Source: Xylanibacter ruminicola 23 (GTDB lineage Bacteria > Bacteroidota > Bacteroidia > Bacteroidales > Bacteroidaceae). Taken from it: a stretch of 32,000 bases of DNA. The notes beneath the pieces are model-generated. The model saw only the letters and a list, made by a program, of their open reading frames with translations. It searched no databases and was not told where the DNA came from. Positions 18,652 through 25,285 of the stretch are shown in pieces; within the stretch, counting starts at the first letter, position 1, and the number at the start of each line of letters is the position of its first letter. The stretch spans positions 930,001 through 962,000 of the forward strand of contig NC_014033.1 of the NCBI RefSeq assembly GCF_000025925.1. Direction: 5' to 3'. The position numbers and the translations under genes are program-made.

Positions 18652-21183
18652 ATGGATCAAACATTCGACAACGACAGAATTATTAAGATCAACATCGAAG
18701 AAGAGATGAAATCGAGCTATATCGATTACTCTATGTCAGTAATCGTGGCCCGTGCCCTTCCCGATGTTCGTGATGGCTTCAAGCCTGTTCATCGTCGTAT
18801 CCTTTACGGTATGATGAACATTAATAACGTTTCTACCCAGCCTTATAAGAAGTGTGCCCGCGTAGTAGGTGAGGTGCTTGGTAAGTACCACCCACACGGC
18901 GACTCTTCAGTATATGGTGCCCTGGTACGTATGGCCCAGGATTGGAACATGCGTTACACCTTGGTTGATGGTCAGGGTAACTTCGGTTCGGTGGATGGCG
19001 ACTCACCTGCTGCCATGCGTTACACCGAGTGCCGCCTCTCAAAGATGGGTGAGCACATTATGGACGACCTGGATAAGGAAACCGTAGATATGGCGCCTAA
19101 CTTCGACGACTCGCTCGAGGAGCCAACCGTTATGCCTACCAAGATTCCTAATCTGCTGGTTAACGGTGGTAACGGTATTGCCGTAGGTATGGCTACCAAT
19201 ATGCCTACCCACAACCTGGGCGAGGTAATCGATGGTTGCTGCGCTTATATCGACAATCCTGATATCGATACCGAAGGCCTGATGCAGTATATCCCAGGTC
19301 CCGACTTCCCAACAGGTGCTTATATCTATGGCCTGCAGGGCGTGAAGGATGCCTACGAAACAGGTCGCGGACGTATCGTAATGCGTGCCAAGGCCGAGAT
19401 TGAGAGCGGCGACACTCACGATAAGATTGTGGTAACCGAGATTCCTTACGGTGTAAACAAGGCCGACCTGGTAGCTTATATCGCCGATCTGGCTAACCAG
19501 CACAAGATCGAGGGTGTAGCTAATGTTAACGATGAGTCGGGCCGTCAGGGTATGCGTATCGTTGTGGATTGCAAGCGCGATGCCAACGCCAATGTGCTGC
19601 TCAACAAGCTGTTTAAGATGACAGCCCTTCAGAGCTCATTCTCAGTTAATAACATCGCTCTGGTAAAGGGTCGCCCACGCCTGCTTTCGCTCAAGGAGTG
19701 TGTGAAGTATTTCGTTGAGCATCGTCACGACGTAACCATCCGTCGTACCAAGTACGATCTGCGCAAGGCACAGGAGCGTGCCCACATCTTGGAGGGCTTG
19801 ATTATTGCCGTTAACAATATCGACGAGGTTGTACATATTATCCGTAACAGTAAGACTCCTACCGATGCTCAGCGTAACTTGGAGGCCCGTTTCGAACTCG
19901 ACGAGCTGCAGAGTAAGGCTATCGTCGACATGCGTCTGGCTCAGCTCACTGGTCTGCGTGTTGATCAGCTCCACCAGGAGTTCGACGACTTGCAGAAGCT
20001 TATTGCCGAGTTGCAGGAGATTCTGGATAACCCCGAGCGTTGTAAGGAGGTGATGAAGGCCGACCTGCAGGAGGTGAAGGAGAAGTATGGCGACGAGCGT
20101 CGTACCGAGATTATTCCTTTCGACCACGAGTTCAATGCCGAGGACTTCTATCCCGACGATCCAGTGGTTATCACTATCTCGCACATGGGTTACATCAAGC
20201 GCACCCCACTGTCAGAGTTCCACGAGCAGGGTCGTGGCGGTATGGGATCAAAGGCTGCCCGTCATCGCGACAACGACTTTACCGAGTATATCTATCCTGC
20301 CACCATGCACAACACGCTGCTGTTCTTCACACAGAAGGGTCGTTGCTACTGGCAGAAGTGTTACGAGATTCCTGAGGGCGATAAGAACTCAAAGGGTCGC
20401 GCTATCCAGAATATGCTGAATATCGAGCCCGATGATGCCATCAACGCCGTTCTGCGTATCAAGAACTTCAACGATACCGAGTTCCTCAACTCACACTACG
20501 TGGTATTCGCTACCAAGCAGGGTATCATCAAGAAGACCTGTCTCGAGGCTTACTCACGTCCACGTGCCAACGGTGTGATTGCTATCAACATCAACGAGGG
20601 CGACCAGGTAGTAGGCGTTCGCCTCACCAACGGTCACAACGAGCTGTTGCTGGCTAACCGTAACGGTCGTGCCGTACGTTTCGACGAGAACGATGTACGC
20701 GTCATGGGTCGTGTATCTACCGGTGTAATCGGTATGCGTCTCGACGGTGGCGACGACGAGGTTGTAGGTATGGTTTGCGTCAACGATCCTAACACCGAGA
20801 CTATCATGGTAGTTTCTGAGAACGGTTATGGTAAGCGTTCTGAGGTTGAGGATTACCGTAAGACCTCACGTGGTGCCAAGGGTGTTAAGACCCTCTCAAT
20901 CACCGAGAAGACCGGTCGCCTGGTAGCCATCAAGGTGGTAACCGACGAGAACGACCTGATGATTATTAATAAGAGTGGTGTACTGATTCGCCTGAAGGTG
21001 GCCGATGTTCGTGTCATGGGCCGTGCCACACAGGGTGTTCGTCTCATCAACCTCACCAAGAAGAACGATAGCATCGCTTCGGTATGTAAGGTAATGCACT
21101 CGCAGGCCGAGGACGAGGATATCGAGGAGGCAGAGATCGACGCTGAGGCAGCTCAGGCTCCTGAAGCTGAGAATAAGGATTAA
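18652..21183 (+). CDS. gyrA: DNA gyrase subunit A
   Basis: AAMRYTE active-site motif, QRDR segment [10 protein letters not shown]-terminal beta-pinwheel repeats and an acidic tail. 843 aa. Confidence 0.97.
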   Translation: MDQTFDNDRIIKINIEEEMKSSYIDYSMSVIVARALPDVRDGFKPVHRRILYGMMNINNVSTQPYKKCARVVGEVLGKYHPHGDSSVYGALVRMAQDWNMRYTLVDGQGNFGSVDGDSPAAMRYTECRLSKMGEHIMDDLDKETVDMAPNFDDSLEEPTVMPTKIPNLLVNGGNGIAVGMATNMPTHNLGEVIDGCCAYIDNPDIDTEGLMQYIPGPDFPTGAYIYGLQGVKDAYETGRGRIVMRAKAEIESGDTHDKIVVTEIPYGVNKADLVAYIADLANQHKIEGVANVNDESGRQGMRIVVDCKRDANANVLLNKLFKMTALQSSFSVNNIALVKGRPRLLSLKECVKYFVEHRHDVTIRRTKYDLRKAQERAHILEGLIIAVNNIDEVVHIIRNSKTPTDAQRNLEARFELDELQSKAIVDMRLAQLTGLRVDQLHQEFDDLQKLIAELQEILDNPERCKEVMKADLQEVKEKYGDERRTEIIPFDHEFNAEDFYPDDPVVITISHMGYIKRTPLSEFHEQGRGGMGSKAARHRDNDFTEYIYPATMHNTLLFFTQKGRCYWQKCYEIPEGDKNSKGRAIQNMLNIEPDDAINAVLRIKNFNDTEFLNSHYVVFATKQGIIKKTCLEAYSRPRANGVIAININEGDQVVGVRLTNGHNELLLANRNGRAVRFDENDVRVMGRVSTGVIGMRLDGGDDEVVGMVCVNDPNTETIMVVSENGYGKRSEVEDYRKTSRGAKGVKTLSITEKTGRLVAIKVVTDENDLMIINKSGVLIRLKVADVRVMGRATQGVRLINLTKKNDSIASVCKVMHSQAEDEDIEEAEIDAEAAQAPEAENKD

Positions 21184-21253
21184 ACTATCCGCTCAAGTAA
21201 ACGTCAAAAAATAAATTTTAAGTAACAATAAGTTCAACCAATTTTAAAAGCTT

Positions 21254-22468
21254 ATGAAAAAATTAATCATGATGGCATGTGTGCTGGTAGCTAGCTCTAC
21301 CGCATTTGCCGGCGACAGTGACGCTTTGAAGGCTATCCTCAAGGCAAAGACTTATGCAGAAGCTGAGACACTCGTAAAGAGCAGCCTTGGTTCTCTGGCT
21401 AACGATGCCGAGAAGGCAAAGGCCTACAACAAGCTTGTTGACCTTGCCCTGAACGACTTTAATGCTCAGAGCGCTATCCAGACCGAGAATCAGGTAAACA
21501 AGCAGATGGGTAAGGAAGAGAAGCCCGTTGATATGAAACTGATGAACGAGATGGCCTTTGCCGCTCTCGTAGCAGGTATCGAGTGCGACAAGTTCGACCA
21601 GATGCCTAACGAGAAGGGTAAGGTAGCTCCTAAGTTTGCTGCTAAGAATGCTCAGCGCCTGTGGACTGCTCCACGTAACACTCTGGTTAACGCTGGTCAG
21701 GACGCTCTTACCGCTAAGGATAACGCCTCAGCTCGTAAGTACTGGCAGCTGTTCACCGAGAGCGACGCCGCTCCTATGTTCAAGGATTGCGACCGCGAGC
21801 AGCAGAAGCCTTTCTTCGGTCAGGTAGCCCGTTTCGCTTCAATCTTCGCTTATCAGGACAAGGATATGGCTAAGGCTCTTGAGTTGGCTGATGTAGCTAT
21901 GAAGGATCCCGAGGAGTACGAGAATGCTCTCAACCTCAAGCTCGAGATTCTGGGCGACGGTCTGAAGACTAAGGACGACTCTGTTAAGTATGCTGCCAAC
22001 CTGAAGGGCATCTATGCCGAGCACAAGGTCGACGGTGTAATGGAGAAGCTGTACAACACCCTGCTGGGTCTCGGTCAGACCGACGAGGCTAACAAGATCC
22101 TCGACGACGCTCTTGCCGCTAATCCTAACAACTTTGTAGCCCTCGCCGATAAGGGTCTGGCTCTGCTCCAGGCTAACAAGGCCGAGGAGGCTGTTCCTTA
22201 CCTCCAGAAGGCATTCGAGGTTAAGCCCGACAACGCTATCATCGCTACCTACGCAGGTACAGGTTACAGCGTACAGGCTCAGAACATCGAGGATCCTGCT
22301 AAGAAGAAGGAGCTGTACAAGAAGGCTATCGAGCTGTTCGACAAGGCTAAGGAGCTCGACCCCGACATGCTGCAGGCTAAGTGGGGTTACAACCGCTACA
22401 ACGCATACTACAACTACTATGGTGCTGACGCTCCTGAGACCAAGAAGGCCGAGGAAGAGTCACGCTAA
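21254..22468 (+). CDS. Secreted tetratricopeptide-repeat protein
   Basis: Signal peptide MKKLIMMACVLVASSTAFA. Helical Ala/Lys/Glu-rich repeats with TPR-like A..Y..A..L patterns in the C-terminal half. Confidence 0.8.
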   Translation: MKKLIMMACVLVASSTAFAGDSDALKAILKAKTYAEAETLVKSSLGSLANDAEKAKAYNKLVDLALNDFNAQSAIQTENQVNKQMGKEEKPVDMKLMNEMAFAALVAGIECDKFDQMPNEKGKVAPKFAAKNAQRLWTAPRNTLVNAGQDALTAKDNASARKYWQLFTESDAAPMFKDCDREQQKPFFGQVARFASIFAYQDKDMAKALELADVAMKDPEEYENALNLKLEILGDGLKTKDDSVKYAANLKGIYAEHKVDGVMEKLYNTLLGLGQTDEANKILDDALAANPNNFVALADKGLALLQANKAEEAVPYLQKAFEVKPDNAIIATYAGTGYSVQAQNIEDPAKKKELYKKAIELFDKAKELDPDMLQAKWGYNRYNAYYNYYGADAPETKKAEEESR

Positions 22469-22491
22469 TCTGCAATCAAGTATATAAACCC

Positions 22492-22529
22492 AATCAGCCG
22501 AGGAAAAACTCCTCGGCTGATTTCTTTTT
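22492..22529 (+). terminator. Rho-independent terminator after the TPR gene
   Basis: 12-bp stem AATCAGCCGAGG / CCTCGGCTGATT with a 7-nt loop, followed by TCTTTTT. Confidence 0.85.
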
Positions 22530-22578
22530 ATATATGCAATCTTTTCCAATATAATTTGGATAATAACAAATTGTGTTG

Positions 22579-22586
22579 TACCTTTG
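22579..22586 (+). promoter_or_regulatory. -7 promoter box (TACCTTTG)
   Basis: Exact TAnnTTTG match 34 nt upstream of the ATG at 22621. Confidence 0.55.
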
Positions 22587-22620
22587 CAACAGAAACAATT
22601 TATAAGCAGAAAAAGAGTTT

Positions 22621-23091
22621 ATGGAGAACGAGAAAGGTACCAGAGATTTGTTTTTAGAGACGCTCACAAATATTGGGTGTCAGTATGAGCTTGCAGACGA
22701 AGAGGGCGATGATCGCATCTTCTTTGCCTATCAGGGCGAGCATTTCTTTGTGGAAGCCCGAAACAATTTGCGTTTTATCCAGATATACGATACGCATTGG
22801 GGACATGTAGAACTATACGATGTTGAAGAGTTTGCACGATTAAAGAAAGCTATCAATGGTGCAAACCTTAACAATACCGTTACAACGGTTTATACCATCG
22901 ACGAGGAGGCCAAGACCGTGGATGTGCATAGCAAATCTACCATTCTCTTCATTCCCCAGATTCCCGATATCGGCGACTATTTGCGCTTGGAGTTAAACGA
23001 GTTTTTTGGCGCCCATCGCTTTGTGGGTAACGAGATGGCTAAGCTGAGAGAACAAGAAGGTACCGAAAAAATCCCTCAGGCTTCGTGTTGA
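22621..23091 (+). CDS. Hypothetical protein, possibly YbjN-like
   Basis: 156-aa ORF with its own promoter box. The pattern ELADEEGDDRIFFAYQGEHFFVEA resembles YbjN-type proteins from memory; weak assignment. GC3 is lower than in the neighbouring core genes. Confidence 0.6.
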   Translation: MENEKGTRDLFLETLTNIGCQYELADEEGDDRIFFAYQGEHFFVEARNNLRFIQIYDTHWGHVELYDVEEFARLKKAINGANLNNTVTTVYTIDEEAKTVDVHSKSTILFIPQIPDIGDYLRLELNEFFGAHRFVGNEMAKLREQEGTEKIPQASC

Positions 23092-23224
23092 AACCTGAGG
23101 GTAATTGAGCCTGCTGCAGTATGCGTGGCGGGCCGCGCAAGTGCAGGTCCTTGGCTATCTACATGGCGCCCATGCCGCTCGGCTATGCCGCTTGGCTTGT
23201 CCAAGAACTTGTGGCGCTTCGGGG

Positions 23225-23326
23225 CTAAGCCCCGATGCACGATGTCGCGCCAAGGGCAGTTACAATCGCAGTTGCGATACTGGCAATCATCTGTACGATA
23301 AACTTTAATGTCTCTTTCTTTGTCAT
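23225..23326 (-). CDS. 33-aa small membrane peptide ('smalltalk'-like)
   Basis: Hand translation of the minus strand gives ATG(23326)...TAG(23225): MTKKETLKFIVQMIASIATAIVTALGATSCIGA. It has a charged N-terminus, one hydrophobic helix and a C-terminal TSC motif. It lies co-directional and just downstream of the HU-like gene. Below the ORF-track size cut-off. Confidence 0.6.
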   Translation of the reverse strand: MTKKETLKFIVQMIASIATAIVTALGATSCIGA

Positions 23327-23345
23327 AATTGTTAATGGTTATAGG

Positions 23346-23392
23346 TTAATGTTTCATGTTTAATGTTTCATGTTTAATGTTTCATGTTTAAT
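23346..23392. repeat. 14-nt tandem repeat (TTAATGTTTCATGT x 3.4)
   Basis: Exact copies at 23346-23359, 23360-23373 and 23374-23387, plus a partial copy. Located between the HU-like stop and the small ORF start. Confidence 0.9.
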
Positions 23393-23398
23393 AGGATA

Positions 23399-23422
23399 GG
23401 GTGGGGCTTGCGCCCCCAACCC
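23399..23422 (-). terminator. GC-rich hairpin immediately after the HU-like stop (possible attenuator or terminator)
   Basis: The minus strand reads GGGTTGGGGGC-GCAA-GCCCCACCC directly after the TAA stop. There is no clear U-run, so function is uncertain. Confidence 0.4.
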
Positions 23423-24022
23423 TTAGTCTCCGATAGGCTCGTGGCTTCCACCACCGCTATTGCCACCGCCGCTATTACCGCCGCCTCCGGTGTTTCCACC
23501 GCTATTGCCACCGCCGCTATTACCGCCGCCTCCGGTGTTTCCACCGGTATTGCCGCCCTGGCTGCTACCACCGCCGTTGGTGGTCTTCTCACCATCGCCG
23601 CTCAGCAGACTCTCGGCATTCACAAACTCGGCCTTCTTCAGGAACTCACGGCTCGAAATATTCATCTCCTGCTCCTGCTCAGGCATGAATCGGATGTGGA
23701 GAGCCTTCAGGTTCTTACCCACATTAAACTCCTCCTTCTTGGGAGCACCGCCGGGCTCATTTTCCAGGGTAGTGAAGAAGGTACCCAGACCGTCGATCTT
23801 CACTCGCTTGCTCTCCAGCAGCATCTCCACCAGGCAGCTACGGAACTTCTCCAGCACACCAAATACTACATCCTGCGTATAAACGCTACCGTGCTCGCTG
23901 ATGTGCTTTGCCAGCTTGCGGGTGTTCAGGGTTTCAATACTCTTGCTGTGGGCGAACCACTTGCCAAATACCTGCGACTTGTTGTTCTTGTTCTGTCGCA
24001 ACTCATAAAAAATCTTTGCCAT
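23423..24022 (-). CDS. Bacteroidales-type HU-related DNA-binding protein with a Gly/Asn/Ser-rich C-terminal tail
   Basis: The N-terminal 130 aa (MAKIFYELRQNKNNKS...GKWFAH...VKIDGLGTFF) resemble the HU-like DNA-binding proteins common in Bacteroides/Prevotella. The C-terminal 55 aa is low complexity and repeat-encoded. Confidence 0.8.
   Translation of the reverse strand: MAKIFYELRQNKNNKSQVFGKWFAHSKSIETLNTRKLAKHISEHGSVYTQDVVFGVLEKFRSCLVEMLLESKRVKIDGLGTFFTTLENEPGGAPKKEEFNVGKNLKALHIRFMPEQEQEMNISSREFLKKAEFVNAESLLSGDGEKTTNGGGSSQGGNTGGNTGGGGNSGGGNSGGNTGGGGNSGGGNSGGGSHEPIGD
23451..23557. repeat. 45-nt in-frame tandem repeat (about 2.4 copies) encoding the HU-like tail
   Basis: 23451-23495 and 23496-23540 are identical (CCACCGCTATTGCCACCGCCGCTATTACCGCCGCCTCCGGTGTTT). 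A diverged partial third copy lies at 23541-23557. Confidence 0.9.
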
Positions 24023-24117
24023 ACTCTAATACTTTTAATTTTAATGGTTAATACTAATGTTACTTAATCTCTTGTGTGTCTCAATCCACGTGTGCACTTT
24101 GTTTCTTTTTGACGATG

Positions 24118-24125
24118 CAAAGGTA
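24118..24125 (-). promoter_or_regulatory. -7 promoter box (TACCTTTG on the minus strand) for the HU-like gene
   Basis: Exact TAnnTTTG match 95 nt upstream of the minus-strand ATG at 24022. Confidence 0.55.
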
Positions 24126-24348
24126 CAAAAAAAATCGATGCAAAAAGAGTTTTTTCTCGTCTATTCTCTGATTTTTCTTGAAATGTTAAAATGTAAAGAA
24201 ATAATACAAGTGGTGAGAGGCCTTATATATACTATTAAAATAATACAGCCTTACTATCTAAGAGAAAGTTCGGCAGGATTTACAGAAATCTCGTAAACTA
24301 TCCACCAGATTCTGACGTACCACTCAAAATGCCCAGTTGGCGAGTAGG

Positions 24349-24376
24349 AATGGTACATTAGTTCATTAGTTCATTT
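24349..24376 (+). repeat. Repeat copy 1 (AATGGTACATTAGTTCATTAGTTCATTT)
   Basis: Perfect 28-nt reverse complement of 24530-24557. Also a perfect 26-nt direct match to 24742-24767. Confidence 0.95.
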
Positions 24377-24420
24377 TGTAAAGTTTAGTAGAGCATCCTT
24401 GGTCGCTTATTACCTTATAT

Positions 24421-24450
24421 AATTTATATATATTATAATATATATAAATT
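24421..24450. repeat. Perfect 30-bp A/T-only palindrome
   Basis: AATTTATATATATTATAATATATATAAATT equals its own reverse complement. It lies inside the segment bounded by repeat copies 1 and 2. Confidence 0.95.
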
Positions 24451-24529
24451 TAATATATAATATAGAATTAATAAAATCTCTACATCTTAACTTTTCTCTC
24501 GCCCTCCTGCTTATATTTCTTCGAATTGG

Positions 24530-24557
24530 AAATGAACTAATGAACTAATGTACCATT
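24530..24557 (-). repeat. Repeat copy 2 (inverted)
   Basis: AAATGAACTAATGAACTAATGTACCATT is the exact reverse complement of copy 1. Confidence 0.95.
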
Positions 24558-24741
24558 GTGGAGAGATATGTACTTTGTACTTCCCTAAAATAAGTTGAAT
24601 GGTTTTTAACTTAACCCTGCCATTGGTTGAATGCCTATTGGGTACCTAAATTCTTATCCCTGACAGAAGTTGAACAATTCTCTTTTAACCCTTGTTTTTG
24701 TTGAATAGGCTCCACGGAAAGCCGTGCTTGTATTCTAAGAG

Positions 24742-24767
24742 TGGTACATTAGTTCATTAGTTCATTT
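24742..24767 (+). repeat. Repeat copy 3 (direct relative to copy 1)
   Basis: TGGTACATTAGTTCATTAGTTCATTT is identical to 24351-24376. It is followed by a 9-nt inverted partial copy, CAAATGAAC, at 24771-24779. Confidence 0.95.
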
Positions 24768-24819
24768 GCTCAAATGAACAATGTAAAAATGAGAAAATGT
24801 AATAATTAAAAATTAGAGT

Positions 24820-25272
24820 ATGGAACAGATAGTACAGTTGAACAGTAAAGCAAACCTCTCCGAGCATTTTGTGCTCGGGGAGTTCACCAGGAGCAAGTAT
24901 CCTGAAGTGTATAACATTCCTAGTCATGAGGCGATTGCGATCCTTGCCAACCTCTGTACTTGGTTGGAGGTTTTGAGGGAAAGGGCTTCGCAACCTATCA
25001 TCATTAACTCGGGTTATCGATCACCGCAGTTAAATCGTAAGGTTGGGGGAGCACCCACCAGTAATCACTTAACGGGCTGTGCCGTAGATATACGCACCAA
25101 TGGTATGGAACAGTCAATAGAATATGCAGCCATATTGATAGCCTATGCCAATGAATCGGCACAGGACTATGACGAGCTGCTGATAGAGAAGAACCGATAT
25201 GGTGCGGTGTGGGTACACTTTGCTGTGCGACCTAAAGATAACAGAAGAAAGGTAGCATTTATACAAGCGTAG
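24820..25272 (+). CDS. Peptidase M15 (LAS-type zinc D-Ala-D-Ala carboxypeptidase / endolysin-like), no signal peptide
   Basis: SGYRSP...NHLTGCAVD gives the Hx6D zinc motif, with a distal VWVHF histidine. 150 aa. GC3 is lower than in the core genes. Confidence 0.8.
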   Translation: MEQIVQLNSKANLSEHFVLGEFTRSKYPEVYNIPSHEAIAILANLCTWLEVLRERASQPIIINSGYRSPQLNRKVGGAPTSNHLTGCAVDIRTNGMEQSIEYAAILIAYANESAQDYDELLIEKNRYGAVWVHFAVRPKDNRRKVAFIQA

Positions 25273-25285
25273 ATAAGTAACGTTA

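Noticed and set aside
23076-23240. 54-aa GTG-initiated minus-strand ORF (VHRGLAPKRHKF...) running through the GC-rich block.
   Set aside because: It has no ATG. It overlaps both the end of the small peptide ORF and the end of the convergent 22621-23091 gene. Its basic Arg/His/Pro/Ala composition fits a composition artefact. Worth revisiting only if the frame is conserved in relatives.
23105-23308. 67-aa plus-strand ORF across the GC-rich block and antisense to the small peptide ORF.
   Set aside because: It has a non-ATG (TTG) start, an Arg/Cys/Ala-rich composition typical of random GC-rich DNA, no promoter box, and it overlaps a more plausible minus-strand small ORF.
23346-23392. Considered whether the tandem repeats at 23346-23392 or 23451-23557 could be a CRISPR array.
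   Set aside because: The units are directly adjacent with no unique spacers, are only 14 and 45 nt long, one lies inside a coding region, and no cas genes are present.
24057-24296. 79-aa plus-strand ORF in the AT-rich region upstream of the HU-like gene.
   Set aside because: It runs through the HU-like gene's promoter and leader on the opposite strand. Its Ile/Leu/Lys/Phe-rich product reflects AT-rich DNA, and it has no promoter box of its own.
24774-24809. 11-codon mini-ORF (MNNVKMRKCNN) ending 10 nt before the M15 peptidase start, and an 8-codon mini-ORF (18613-18639) in the gyrA leader.
   Set aside because: Short ATG...stop strings are expected by chance in AT-rich leaders. Nothing in the sequence alone shows they are translated or regulatory.
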